Below are positions 45,561 to 55,469 of a stretch of 64,000 nt of DNA, piece by piece. Positions within the stretch are counted from its first letter, which is position 1. Each line of letters begins with the position of its first letter. The position numbers and the translations under genes were made by a program. This DNA comes from a virus. The notes beneath the pieces were generated by a model, which made no database searches, was not told the DNA's origin, and saw only the letters and a program-made list of their open reading frames with translations. Location of the stretch: IMG/VR virus record IMGVR_UViG_3300028844_008248; one strand, given 5' to 3'.

Positions 45561-46823
45561 TTATTTGCGATTCTTGTTAGAACCCATTGTCATATCCAAA
45601 TGAAGATCATTTGCGGTCTTGATTTTAATCAAGTCCATAAAATCGGTAACTGGAGATACATTTCCAGACTTACCAGATTGACCCATGACAATATTTGGAA
45701 CAAGTTTTTGTGCATTCTTTTCTAGAGCCGTAGCGTAATTTGCATTAACATTTACCCACGCTTCAAGTTTTTGTGCTAACGCACCATCGGCACTCATTAC
45801 CAACTTCTTTCGTTCCGATTCACCTTGACCCAAAAGAATCAACTGTTGTTTAGTTTCTTTTGCGGCCTGTCTAGCGAGTTTTGCAACTTCAAGTTCTTTA
45901 TGAGCATGAAGTTCCGCAACTTCTTTATCTCGTTCCGCAACAACAACAGCTTTAACTTTTACTTCCTCTTCTAAATATTTGGCTTTCATCACGTTAGCCA
46001 AACCTTCTTGCTCTACAGTAATAGCATCTTGTTCTGCTTTTTTAGCAAGAGATTTAGCAGTAGCGATAGCCATCAAATTTTCTTGCTGTTGGGCAATCTG
46101 TTTTCGTACCCGGTCTGGATAATCGAACTGTTTTACTTCGAAATTGACAATCCGAATACCAGTATTATTCAGAGGATGATTTGCTTCCCTCAAAATAATT
46201 CCAGTTTTCTTATCAACCCTCGGACGTTTTGCGAAGATTTTAATTTTAGTAAGACCAGACGGATCGGTTGGATCGACTACTTCTTTTTCATATTCTTCGG
46301 TCAAATACATTCCATATTCAACCTGATCTCTTGCCATTGTAAAGAAGTCTGTTTTCTTTTCTGCGTAAGATTCTCTAGCAGTCATAAGATTAGCAGTATT
46401 GATCAATGCTTTTCGTACAATCGGTAAGATCAATTTAGCTTCTAGGTCTTCTGGCGACATATATGCATGGTGCGTAATTAGACCAATAGCCTGTTCTGGC
46501 GAAGTGGGTAATGCATATCGCATTGTACCCGAAATTCCAGTTTCCGAACCATCAGCAAACCGTACTTGAACACTAGTATCGCTCGAACCACCTTCTACAT
46601 TATCTTTAGTGAAATAAAATGTTTCCGATTTAGGCCAAACTTGAATATCACCAAACCATTGTCCATACATACCCGGTTGCATATGTGCGGTCATTTCACC
46701 AGAAACGGCGGCCTGTTTAATCTGATAAGTTCCCTTTCCTACCGTTTCAACAATACGTGTGCCAAATACTCCAGCGATAATTGCTGAAATAAAAACTGCA
46801 AATACTGTAATTTTAAGTTTCAT
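45561..46823 (-). CDS. SPFH/band-7 (prohibitin/flotillin/HflKC-like) membrane protein, 420 aa
   Basis: N-terminal TM, SPFH-type core, long A/K/E-rich coiled-coil C-terminal region. Confidence 0.6.
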   Translation of the reverse strand: MKLKITVFAVFISAIIAGVFGTRIVETVGKGTYQIKQAAVSGEMTAHMQPGMYGQWFGDIQVWPKSETFYFTKDNVEGGSSDTSVQVRFADGSETGISGTMRYALPTSPEQAIGLITHHAYMSPEDLEAKLILPIVRKALINTANLMTARESYAEKKTDFFTMARDQVEYGMYLTEEYEKEVVDPTDPSGLTKIKIFAKRPRVDKKTGIILREANHPLNNTGIRIVNFEVKQFDYPDRVRKQIAQQQENLMAIATAKSLAKKAEQDAITVEQEGLANVMKAKYLEEEVKVKAVVVAERDKEVAELHAHKELEVAKLARQAAKETKQQLILLGQGESERKKLVMSADGALAQKLEAWVNVNANYATALEKNAQKLVPNIVMGQSGKSGNVSPVTDFMDLIKIKTANDLHLDMTMGSNKNRK

Positions 46824-46853
46824 CTTTAATACTCCATGATTAAATTAATAATA

Positions 46854-47138
46854 TTATAACGAGTTAAGTTTTTCTTTCAGTCCAGCAAGTTTTTCGTTTG
46901 CTGAAATGATTTCTTTTTCGTACTTTATTTCATCCTTTCTCAAATCTGTTTCAATTCTTTTCTCTTCAATTTTTTGCTTCAATACTTCTAGCCTTTCAAT
47001 TTGGGTTTTTAAATTATCCTTCGCAAGTTCTTTTGCAGTTTTTGGATAAAATATTTTTAAAATAATCTTAGATAAAAACAAGACAATTCCAAATATTAAT
47101 ATAAACCCAACAATTCCCATTAAACTTTGAATCCACAT
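46854..47138 (-). CDS. Small membrane + coiled-coil protein, 94 aa
   Basis: N-terminal TM, heptad C-terminus. Confidence 0.4.
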   Translation of the reverse strand: MWIQSLMGIVGFILIFGIVLFLSKIILKIFYPKTAKELAKDNLKTQIERLEVLKQKIEEKRIETDLRKDEIKYEKEIISANEKLAGLKEKLNSL

Positions 47139-47148
47139 AAAATTACTC

Positions 47149-47463
47149 CTATAAAAATTTAGTAGATATCATTACCCGTTGGTTTCTTCCACTATTTCCG
47201 GGTTTTTTTGTCCCGGTGTATGATATCCACCCCTTGTCAGATAATGCTTTATACCTTGCAGTTACGGACGAATAAGATAGATTAGGAAATGATTCTCGAA
47301 CCTGATCAGAGATACATCCAGAACTTCCATGATATTCAATGACCGTATAAACCTCTTTCTCTAAATTATTGAGATTTTTTAAGGATTCGGCGGCTTCTTT
47401 ACTTGTCTCCGGTCCATCTATTCGATGTAGTGTATGAATTGGAGTATTATTCATTTTTAACAT
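47149..47463 (-). CDS. Winged-helix (MarR/ArsR-like) transcription regulator, 104 aa
   Basis: wHTH pattern …EKEVYTVIEYHGSSGCISDQVRESFPNLSYSSVTARYKALSDKGWI…. Confidence 0.4.
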   Translation of the reverse strand: MLKMNNTPIHTLHRIDGPETSKEAAESLKNLNNLEKEVYTVIEYHGSSGCISDQVRESFPNLSYSSVTARYKALSDKGWISYTGTKKPGNSGRNQRVMISTKFL

Positions 47464-47554
47464 TCTCCTAAAGTTAAAGCAATGCCGGAGTGATAGGTTG
47501 CAATCGAGTCAGTTATGAACCAACCTCAAAAATGCTACCACTCCGGCAAATCAA

Positions 47555-47767
47555 TTAATATTCGTCCATATAAAAATCTTGTCTCGAAATTTTCTTATTC
47601 TTAGCTCGATTGTATTCATTGATGGGAGATTTCACTTTTTCATGAAATCGTTTATTCTGCATAGCCTTTGCTACTGGATTGGCTTTCATGATTTTGATAC
47701 GTTTGACACCATCAGTTTTATCAACCTTTTGAATAGTCATTTTCTTTTTCCTTTTTTTATTCTTCAT
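47555..47767 (-). CDS. Small basic protein (start trimmed; ORF-track N-terminus is translated tRNA)
   Basis: ORF 47555..47848 overlaps tRNA 47769-47844; internal Met at 47767 or 47740. Confidence 0.3.
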   Translation of the reverse strand: MKNKKRKKKMTIQKVDKTDGVKRIKIMKANPVAKAMQNKRFHEKVKSPINEYNRAKNKKISRQDFYMDEY

Positions 47768-47768
47768 A

Positions 47769-47844
47769 ATATAATATTTGGAGATAGGGACGGGACTTGA
47801 ACCCGCATTCTTTGGGTTTGCAATCCAACGCCATACCGATTCAG
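47769..47844 (-). tRNA. tRNA-Cys (anticodon GCA) candidate
   Basis: Manual cloverleaf: acceptor GCTAGGG/CCCTATC (one mismatch), D-loop with GG, anticodon loop TTGCAAA, T-loop TTCAAGT, encoded CCA. Confidence 0.5.
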
Positions 47845-47922
47845 CCACCCTAGCTCGCTCTCAATTGTCTGATACAAATTATCATATGATACCATTTTTG
47901 TCAAGTATTATTTTCAAGTATA

Positions 47923-48138
47923 TTATAAAGGTTTTGCCCATACGATATAATCTCCCGGTTTCCAAGGTGTATATGGAGGAATATGTGGTACTGGTAATGT
48001 ATATTTGTCTCTTTCTAATCTACTAACCCGATCTTCCAATTCCTTAATTCGGGCTTTCAATTTAGAAATATAATCATTCTTCTCCATTCTCATTTTTACT
48101 TGTTTCTTTTTCTTTTCCAGATATTCTTTTTGTTTCAT
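47923..48138 (-). CDS. Hypothetical coiled-coil protein, 71 aa
   Basis: ORF. Confidence 0.35.
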   Translation of the reverse strand: MKQKEYLEKKKKQVKMRMEKNDYISKLKARIKELEDRVSRLERDKYTLPVPHIPPYTPWKPGDYIVWAKPL

Positions 48139-48499
48139 TATTCTCTTTTAGTTGTACCTCTCTTAGAGCGTTAATAGCAGACACTGTACCAGCTTTTAAG
48201 AAGTTTTTACAATGTATTGGAGTAAAGCATCGTGTGTAAATATTCCAAACTCGACTAATCCAACCAATCTCTATTCGATCATCATGTTCTTTGAATAGCA
48301 ATACAAACCCATAATAATTCATAGTAGGATATAATTGATTATAAAAATCATTATAATCCGTATGGAAATTTGGCATGTGGTCAAGTTCTTTTCCAAAAAT
48401 ATTTGTATGGCAATTTTCCCACTTAGCATACTCCGTGAATATTTTTGGTAGTTTAAATTCTCGTTCTAATTCTTTTAATTGTGCATCGGTCATAGTCAT
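48074..48499 (-). CDS. Hypothetical protein, 141 aa
   Basis: ORF. Confidence 0.45.
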   Translation of the reverse strand: MTMTDAQLKELEREFKLPKIFTEYAKWENCHTNIFGKELDHMPNFHTDYNDFYNQLYPTMNYYGFVLLFKEHDDRIEIGWISRVWNIYTRCFTPIHCKNFLKAGTVSAINALREVQLKENNETKRISGKEKETSKNENGEE

Positions 48500-48515
48500 A
48501 ATAATACCTCATATG

Positions 48516-48740
48516 TTAAGAATTATGTTGTGCATTATATTTTAATTTTCTATGTATTTGTCTATATGCTACTGTATCATGTCCTTGTCTTTTATCTAAA
48601 TGTGTTTGTACTAAATCTAATATTAAACTATATTCTGTATCATTAAAATCAATTAATGGGATTATCTTATCTCCTGAATCGTCTGGTTTTTTTTCTGTAG
48701 TGCTATCAGATAACATGACGTTCTGGTAATCCATATACAA
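48516..48740 (-). CDS. Hypothetical protein, 74 aa
   Basis: ORF. Confidence 0.35.
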   Translation of the reverse strand: MYMDYQNVMLSDSTTEKKPDDSGDKIIPLIDFNDTEYSLILDLVQTHLDKRQGHDTVAYRQIHRKLKYNAQHNS

Positions 48741-49236
48741 CTCCCCCTTTGGAAATGGTTAGTACTTGTTTTCGATTATGAATCATATTATATGAAACAT
48801 GAACCCAACCACCTTGCGGATCGGCTGGATTATAAAATTCCAATATCAATTGATCGAACTCTAAATTATCACGAATCCAATATGCCAATTCAATATTTGG
48901 AATTCCAATTATTTCTATATCTCCGGCTTCTCCTTTCGGGTGTGATTTACCTTCAAAATACTTTTCCCATGACTCTTCATTTACTTCAAGTTTTCTTTTT
49001 TCACACCACCTTATATAAGATTTATGTGTTAATATTTTTTCTAATGCTTCACATCTAAAACCAGAATTTACTGTAACAACTTGTCCATAATGATTTCTTA
49101 CTGGTTGTAGAATATTACCACACAATGCTTTTAAATTCTCAATATGTTCTGAATTTGGAATATTATCTATATCATTCCGCAATGCTGTTCTAGATTTAGT
49201 AAGTTCTTCTAACGTAAAATTTTCTGCTAGTTTCAT
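48706..49236 (-). CDS. Peptidase M15-family (VanY/DUF882-like) cell-wall peptidase candidate, 176 aa
   Basis: …VNSGFRCEALEKIL…H…GEAGDIEI… resembles SxxR…H…D metal-site spacing of M15 peptidases. Confidence 0.4.
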   Translation of the reverse strand: MKLAENFTLEELTKSRTALRNDIDNIPNSEHIENLKALCGNILQPVRNHYGQVVTVNSGFRCEALEKILTHKSYIRWCEKRKLEVNEESWEKYFEGKSHPKGEAGDIEIIGIPNIELAYWIRDNLEFDQLILEFYNPADPQGGWVHVSYNMIHNRKQVLTISKGGVVYGLPERHVI

Positions 49237-49238
49237 TG

Positions 49239-49493
49239 TTACCTTAGTTTGATGTTGTTGTCTTTATACCTTTCCTTCATTGGTTTTAATATATGGTTTG
49301 TAAAGTCGGATGGTGGCTTTAAAACACCAACTCGAACTGGATCACAAACCATTGGTGATGATATCAACTTAGAAACTTTTTTCTTTTTGCAACTTGGACA
49401 AGGTTTCGTAGTTGGTATTTCTCTATCCTCTATACTATGAACTTCTACAAATAAGTGTTCGCATTTACTACATTGATAATCGTATTGAGGCAT
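49239..49493 (-). CDS. FmdB-family zinc-ribbon protein, 84 aa
   Basis: MPQYDYQCSKCEHLFEV…CPSC pattern typical of FmdB. Confidence 0.55.
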   Translation of the reverse strand: MPQYDYQCSKCEHLFVEVHSIEDREIPTTKPCPSCKKKKVSKLISSPMVCDPVRVGVLKPPSDFTNHILKPMKERYKDNNIKLR

Positions 49494-49918
49494 TATTTTT
49501 CAACTTTTGGAAAGAGTTGTGGAAATACTTCTTTAACTAACTTTGGAGTAAGACCACTAACTTTTAATTTCTTCTTGACCATACCCAATAAGATTTTTGA
49601 TTCTTCTGCATGTAGATTTTCTAGTAAGTCTAGTAACAGCGATAATTTATTTTCTGGTTCCATAGTAGAACTTTCCAATAACCATGCTAGTCGTCTATGC
49701 TCATACGCCAATGTCGTATAAGCGAACCCATACGGAGAATCACTTTCTTTGTATTGCAATTTTTTAGGAACTTTAATAAATTCTATTCTAGGATCAAATA
49801 CACCACTCATAATAGTTAAGAATGTTTTATCTCCCGAATATTTTATTAAGATATCCTGTTTTTCCTTCTTAGTTTTTGCTTCTTCAAATTCGTTAAAAAT
49901 TTCTGATATGTATAACAT
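49493..49918 (-). CDS. Hypothetical protein, 141 aa
   Basis: ORF. Confidence 0.45.
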   Translation of the reverse strand: MLYISEIFNEFEEAKTKKEKQDILIKYSGDKTFLTIMSGVFDPRIEFIKVPKKLQYKESDSPYGFAYTTLAYEHRRLAWLLESSTMEPENKLSLLLDLLENLHAEESKILLGMVKKKLKVSGLTPKLVKEVFPQLFPKVEK

Positions 49919-50775
49919 TAAAATTCATCTACCCTTTCTAATAATTGATTTAATCCAGTACTAGTCAGATATGTCATAATTTTATATCCAGACTTTCTTT
50001 GTAATGGAAGTTGACATAATCTTTCAAATTCCGATATAATATTTTTTTGATATTCTTTCGGTATCATGCTCAAATCAATAAGATTTTTATTTCTCTCGAA
50101 ATTTTTCAATTGATCTTCATCAAAATTTGCTTCCGGGGTATGTTTCAACCATTTAGCTACATTATCTTTTTTGATAGATTTTTGTTTCGTCTTAGTTACA
50201 AAACAATCATCGGCTGAAAGAAAATTTGGAATACCATCACCACGATCACCTCTCAAAATATGTTCGTATAAGTATTTATCTGGATTAGCTTCTTTAAGAT
50301 ATGACGATTTCATTGGCGACCAAATACTAACATTGTTATTTTGCAACTGAATGAAATCTTTATCATTCGATACTATGACAATATCAGTATGAGTTCCATA
50401 CTCCATAGCCAGAGTTCCTATGATATCATCACCTTCCATATGATTAACACCTACAATTTTATATGGAAAATTATCATGAATTTCTTCCGTTACTTTGTTA
50501 AATATTTTATATATTTGATCCCATCGATCTCTATCTTTATCCCGGTCTTCCTTTCTCTTATATTTATAATACTCAAATACAGTTTTTCTCCATGAAGAAC
50601 CAGTATCCGCACATAAAACTACATGATCTTTTCCGTATTTTCTAGAAAATTTACGAACAATTTCCCGAAGAGAATTAATCAAAGAATGGCGAACTAAATC
50701 TTCTTCGATAGGCTTCTTATACGTTACCGCCATTATAGCACTAATTCCAATATTTGACCAATCTATAAGTATCAT
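49918..50775 (-). CDS. rnh: RNase H / 5'-3' flap exonuclease (T4 rnh family), 285 aa
   Basis: …VVLCADTGSSWRK…, …VSNDKDFIQL…, …LRGDRGDGIPN… align with T4 RNase H blocks (VLCIDNAKSGYWRR, SSDGDFTQL, LKGDKKDNV) and C-terminal …LNQLLERVDEF vs …LSKLTNSINEF. Confidence 0.8.
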   Translation of the reverse strand: MILIDWSNIGISAIMAVTYKKPIEEDLVRHSLINSLREIVRKFSRKYGKDHVVLCADTGSSWRKTVFEYYKYKRKEDRDKDRDRWDQIYKIFNKVTEEIHDNFPYKIVGVNHMEGDDIIGTLAMEYGTHTDIVIVSNDKDFIQLQNNNVSIWSPMKSSYLKEANPDKYLYEHILRGDRGDGIPNFLSADDCFVTKTKQKSIKKDNVAKWLKHTPEANFDEDQLKNFERNKNLIDLSMIPKEYQKNIISEFERLCQLPLQRKSGYKIMTYLTSTGLNQLLERVDEF

Positions 50776-51044
50776 TCATCGTATCCTATTCCATTAACAC
50801 TATCCACTCGAAATGATCTCCATTCTTTGCGCTCGAAATCCCAAACTTTTATGATATCTTCGTTGATGGGTTTATCGGTATCGCTGTTGGGATGATTTTC
50901 TTCTGGAATATTTTTAAAATCCAACGTGCAATACATAGCACGATCTTCGCCATTTTTCTTGGTAAAATCTACAACAACATCTTTTTTGGTTTTCAATATG
51001 TCGATCATTTCTTCTCGTGTCATTTTCTTTTCTTGTTTACTCAT
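50772..51044 (-). CDS. Hypothetical protein, 90 aa
   Basis: ORF. Confidence 0.4.
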   Translation of the reverse strand: MSKQEKKMTREEMIDILKTKKDVVVDFTKKNGEDRAMYCTLDFKNIPEENHPNSDTDKPINEDIIKVWDFERKEWRSFRVDSVNGIGYDE

Positions 51045-51055
51045 AATATAATCTC

Positions 51056-51484
51056 CTATGCTGGATATTCACGATATAATTTAATTACTTCAACTCCTGC
51101 TTTTGTTAAATATACAAGACCTTCATCAGTTCCATATTTTTGTTGATAATATAAAGTTTTGATACCACATTCGGCAATCATCTTTGCACAATTAATACAT
51201 GGTGTGTGTGTTAAAAACATAATTGCATCTTTACTAGATTCCGTAGACTTTGCTATCTTGGTTAATGCGTTATGCTCTGCATGAAGCACTTCTGGTTTAG
51301 TTTTATTGTTTTCATCTTCACAAACATTATCCCAACCTTCAGGCGTACCATTATAACCATCAGATATTGGTTTGTGGTCTTCTTCCCGCACAATATAACA
51401 TCCTACTTGAAGACGTTTTGCAGAACTCAATTGAGCATACACTTCTGCTATTTTCATGTATGCATATATATGTTTTTGTTTCAT
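51056..51484 (-). CDS. cd: dCMP deaminase (T4 cd-like), 142 aa
   Basis: HAEHNAL and PCINCAKMI zinc-binding CDA motifs. Confidence 0.75.
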   Translation of the reverse strand: MKQKHIYAYMKIAEVYAQLSSAKRLQVGCYIVREEDHKPISDGYNGTPEGWDNVCEDENNKTKPEVLHAEHNALTKIAKSTESSKDAIMFLTHTPCINCAKMIAECGIKTLYYQQKYGTDEGLVYLTKAGVEVIKLYREYPA

Positions 51485-51681
51485 ATATCGCTTTCGTATT
51501 CTACAGTTACTTTATAATGACCATTGCCATTATTAAAATTTTTAGTAATATCATCTCGCTTTTCTTCATCAACTTCTAACAAATGATTGATACTATCAAA
51601 TACATCTTCTTCTATATCACACAAATTATCCACATAATAATTACTTTCATAAATTTTCATAATACATCTCCATAATAAATT

Positions 51682-51756
51682 TGGTGGACCCGCAGGGACT
51701 CGAACCCCGATAATCTCCGTTATGAGCGGAACGCCTTACCATTAGGCTACAGGTCC
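51682..51756 (-). tRNA. tRNA-Met (anticodon CAT; could be initiator, elongator or Ile2/lysidine type)
   Basis: Clean manual cloverleaf: acceptor GGACCTG/CGGGTCC, D-stem GCCT/AGGC, anticodon loop CTCATAA, T-loop TTCGAGT, ACCA end. Confidence 0.75.
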
Positions 51757-51762
51757 GTTAGT

Positions 51763-52314
51763 TTATTTTTCTTTTTTTGTGGTATCTATAACTTCAATTT
51801 CTTTCTTAAACTCTTTTCGTTTACCTAATATATTAGCATCTCGATACCTATATTTTGAATTTATATTCTCTTCGAGTACATCATAATCATCTTCATTATC
51901 TTTATACCCACCCTCGAATGGAAGTTTAGAATGATCTACCACGATAGTTCCTTCCAAATTTTCAACAACAACTAATACATCTGGACGAAGAGATTTAGAG
52001 CCATTTTTATAAGTCCATCTACGGGGAACATTACTAGTGTGACTAGACCCAACGCCAGAATTAATCCATCCACCAACAGTTATATCATGATGGTTCCTAA
52101 CACCAACTCCGACTTGTTTTTTTGATAAATTAACTACTCGATATTTAGCAAACCCAGCAAACGAACTAGAAGACCCATGAATTACAATACAACCCGGTGT
52201 TATTTGATTTCCTAATGCATCCACATGTGTTGGTTCATTCTTTTCCATTTTTCTCTCCATGCTTTTCTGACATATTAAATATTGCTCGAAAAGTATTATT
52301 ACCACCATAACCAA
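51763..52314 (-). CDS. Hypothetical protein, 183 aa
   Basis: ORF. Confidence 0.45.
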   Translation of the reverse strand: MVMVVIILFEQYLICQKSMERKMEKNEPTHVDALGNQITPGCIVIHGSSSSFAGFAKYRVVNLSKKQVGVGVRNHHDITVGGWINSGVGSSHTSNVPRRWTYKNGSKSLRPDVLVVVENLEGTIVVDHSKLPFEGGYKDNEDDYDVLEENINSKYRYRDANILGKRKEFKKEIEVIDTTKKEK

Positions 52315-52690
52315 TTACTTGATCGAGAACTTTAATCCCATCCCAATAAAAAAATGTTGGTGTACCCTGTACGTGTGGGATACGTTTATCGTTCATTGCC
52401 GAAATCACCCATTCAGGAAATGAACGTGCTGGAGGCATATCCAAAATATATAAATTTGGAATAACAACCCCAGCTTTATTTTTATAAAACTCTTGAAAAT
52501 TTTTCCACTCCGGCATCCCTTCTTCAAGAAAAGAAATACAATAACTACAAGTTGTAGAATTCATCATAATAATTGCATGGTCTGTAATTGGTTTTTCATC
52601 AACCACCTGTTGAGAAAATGCAGTAGAGTATACTGTCATAAAAACAATAAATACAAATCCAACCATAAATTTTTTGAAAAAGTTTTTCAT
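52235..52690 (-). CDS. Secreted thioredoxin-fold thiol-disulfide oxidoreductase candidate, 151 aa
   Basis: Signal peptide; CSYC (CxxC) active-site-like motif. Confidence 0.45.
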   Translation of the reverse strand: MKNFFKKFMVGFVFIVFMTVYSTAFSQQVVDEKPITDHAIIMMNSTTCSYCISFLEEGMPEWKNFQEFYKNKAGVVIPNLYILDMPPARSFPEWVISAMNDKRIPHVQGTPTFFYWDGIKVLDQVIGYGGNNTFRAIFNMSEKHGEKNGKE

Positions 52691-52700
52691 AATAATCTCC

Positions 52701-53807
52701 TTAAAATACTTTCACGATAAGAGTGTCTTTGTTAAGTCTTCCATTTAATTTTTGCTCTTTGGCTTTTACTTCACCAAATGTTTTTTTCATAACTCGTTTG
52801 CCACCACTCATAATTTTTTCAAAATATTCTTTTGGATTTCTAATAGTTTTACTCACAGAGGTTTCATCAAAATCCTGAATGGTTGTTCCTTTGATTGTCA
52901 AACCATTGGTACTCTTGGAACGATACACTCCAAGCTTTCTCAATTTTTGATTCCAAACCCAAACTTCATCAGCCTTAACAATTTTAGATGGATGTAGACT
53001 TTCAAGTTTCAGTTTGGAATCGTGTTTTAAATATTGCACTTTTGCAATTATTTTATTAATATCAATAGATTTGTGTTTTCTCGGTTTAGCTGATCTCTTT
53101 TTGTTTTCTGATAATGTATTACAATCTTCAATCATCGAAGAAATGAATTTATCAAATAACTTAATTTGAGTTTTTGTAAACTGTGACCAACTTTCTCTTA
53201 GATCAAAAGCAATATCCCAATCAGCAATCAATTCCTGCAATTCTTTTTGTTGTGGTACAAGAGATTCGCCAATTCTTTTTGCAATCAATCCTTTGATTTC
53301 ATTTTTCTCTAAAAATTCTAACATAGAGAAATCTGATTCAAATCCATTAGCAATAAATTTATCAATTTCAAATTCAATATCGCCCACATAATTGTTTACT
53401 GAATTTGTAATATGCTCTTGAACACTTACTTTTTTAGGATTATTTTTTTTACTTTTAAGTTGATCGTGATCTACATATTCGTTCAAATTAGCTGATAATT
53501 CTAAAAAGTGTTTGTGTTGTTTATCAGAGAAATTTGCACCATTCTTTACCATTCTTGCCCAAGTACCAACAGTACAAAATCTATAATCAGGAACAGTTTT
53601 TAATTGTGTAACATCTTCCTCGCTGAGTTCTCTTTCAGCAAACTCTAAAAACCATTTCTTCTTTATAGCATCAGATTGTGTTTCTCGATACCACTTAAAA
53701 GATTCATACAGTTCTGATTCACTCGGTTCCTTATCAGTATCAAATGTCGGCTCTGGTCCATAGATAATATCTAACTCTGCTTGAGATATTGCTTTAGTCA
53801 TTATCAC
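52701..53807 (-). CDS. Hypothetical protein, 368 aa
   Basis: ORF. Confidence 0.5.
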   Translation of the reverse strand: MIMTKAISQAELDIIYGPEPTFDTDKEPSESELYESFKWYRETQSDAIKKKWFLEFAERELSEEDVTQLKTVPDYRFCTVGTWARMVKNGANFSDKQHKHFLELSANLNEYVDHDQLKSKKNNPKKVSVQEHITNSVNNYVGDIEFEIDKFIANGFESDFSMLEFLEKNEIKGLIAKRIGESLVPQQKELQELIADWDIAFDLRESWSQFTKTQIKLFDKFISSMIEDCNTLSENKKRSAKPRKHKSIDINKIIAKVQYLKHDSKLKLESLHPSKIVKADEVWVWNQKLRKLGVYRSKSTNGLTIKGTTIQDFDETSVSKTIRNPKEYFEKIMSGGKRVMKKTFGEVKAKEQKLNGRLNKDTLIVKVF

Positions 53808-53869
53808 AATCTCCTGTATTGTTTATTCACTATACCAGTATAGCAAAGATGTGATTGAATGTCAATATA

Positions 53870-54403
53870 TTATTTTTCAAATATTTTACGAATGAAATCG
53901 ACATTACCATCATCTCCAAGAAATGTATCTAGCTCATTAATGACATATGATTTATACCAAACAGAGTCTCTTTGATTGTGGTTAAATGCCCAACGATCAT
54001 CACATAATATATACGTTCCATGTCTTGAAATTTTCCATATTAAAAACCATAGATCAACTTCTCCTGCATCAAATTCAACTTCGGAAATCCATCCGTCTAA
54101 CAATGGAATAGAATGATCTCCTATTAACTTATGAAAAGGAAAATCTGCATAATGCTTACATTCAATAACCAGATTCGACATCGTATCTGGTGGGATTATA
54201 TCACCTTTAAAAAGTCGAATCTGGTTATCTGATAATTGATCTTTTCGTACTTGATTCTGTCCACCAATAAAGGCTCCAGAATTTGGAACTCTTGTAAAAG
54301 ATTCTCCAAATTTCTCTGTTAGATATTTAGATATGTCCAATTCAAACTTGTTCCCCTTTGTCTTCGATTTGTTTTTCCCCATTAGCTCTCTTATACACAT
54401 CAC
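53870..54403 (-). CDS. PD-(D/E)xK nuclease, Hjc-like Holliday-junction resolvase candidate, 177 aa
   Basis: …FELDISKYL…VPNSGAF…KGDIIP…VIECKH… matches Hjc-type E…D…ExK layout. Confidence 0.45.
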   Translation of the reverse strand: MMCIRELMGKNKSKTKGNKFELDISKYLTEKFGESFTRVPNSGAFIGGQNQVRKDQLSDNQIRLFKGDIIPPDTMSNLVIECKHYADFPFHKLIGDHSIPLLDGWISEVEFDAGEVDLWFLIWKISRHGTYILCDDRWAFNHNQRDSVWYKSYVINELDTFLGDDGNVDFIRKIFEK

Positions 54404-55466
54404 ATAAACTTAAAGTGTTTTCATCATTATGTATAATATCGCTCAATAAAATCTGTTTATTATAATGTTCGTTGTACTTGTTTATAAATGTTTCTATTTC
54501 ATCCCGTGATAGTTCTCTGGTCTTCAAAACATCATAACAACGTCCATTTCTAACTATCGCATCATCAATATTCTTCATGGTCAAATTAGTACTAATAATA
54601 ATTTTCTTGTTGGTGGGAATTAACCCATCAGCCGTAAACAATAATTTATTAAGATTGTCGTTTCCATCCTTTCGATTTGTCATAATATTGTAATCAGCAT
54701 CTTCCAAAATCATTAATCTACTAGACCCACAAAGATAACTAAAATAAAATTTATCATCATTAATAACCTCTGTACTATTTGTACAGGTCACTATCATTCT
54801 TCCCCGGTGTCCATATGTATCATCAGAAGATGGTCGTTTTGGATAATACTTTATATTCATTCTTTTGATAATTTCTCTGATGAATCTCGTTTTACCTGTA
54901 CCCGGAACTCCATATAGAATTAAAATATTTTCGTTCCCATTTATAAAATTATCAATATAAGAATCAAAATTTTCTACATATGGATAAGATTCGGGAAATA
55001 CACTATCCTTTAATACTGCTGGTAATTCATATTCTTGTATAGAACCTCGTTCAAATAAATTCCAACTAAATGTTACTTTGTGGTCTGGTTCGTGTGTGAT
55101 ATCTTCTAATATGTCATTTATTATTTTTGAAGTTCTTTTCAATTTCTCTTGGTGAATAGCAAATATTTGAAAATTTAAAGTCCAGTTTTCATAATCTAAC
55201 TTCTCTACAACAAACGAAAAAAAGCACCCATCATCAACTTCAAACAAAAATTTTGAGGGAGTAATAACGTTACATTTGAACTCTTTTTTTAACAACCCCA
55301 ATGGCACTTGAATTTCCGAAGTTGTATTTATCGACATTATATCAACACTAGAAAAACTAGAAACATCTTTATATCTGTTTTGCAGATTTTCAATAAGTTT
55401 TTCTGTCGTTAACACATTAATCAATTCACTGTCATATACTTCATACATAATTTTAGAAAAATCCAT
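54342..55466 (-). CDS. AAA+ ATPase, 374 aa
   Basis: Walker A GVPGTGKT, Walker B LMILEDAD, sensor-1 TN, Arg finger RNGR. Confidence 0.6.
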   Translation of the reverse strand: MDFSKIMYEVYDSELINVLTTEKLIENLQNRYKDVSSFSSVDIMSINTTSEIQVPLGLLKKEFKCNVITPSKFLFEVDDGCFFSFVVEKLDYENWTLNFQIFAIHQEKLKRTSKIINDILEDITHEPDHKVTFSWNLFERGSIQEYELPAVLKDSVFPESYPYVENFDSYIDNFINGNENILILYGVPGTGKTRFIREIIKRMNIKYYPKRPSSDDTYGHRGRMIVTCTNSTEVINDDKFYFSYLCGSSRLMILEDADYNIMTNRKDGNDNLNKLLFTADGLIPTNKKIIISTNLTMKNIDDAIVRNGRCYDVLKTRELSRDEIETFINKYNEHYNKQILLSDIIHNDENTLSLCDVYKRANGEKQIEDKGEQV

Positions 55467-55469
55467 AAT

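Noticed and set aside
47555-47848. Full extent of the 97-aa ORF
   Set aside because: The N-terminal third overlaps tRNA-Cys 47769-47844; it is only plausible from an internal Met
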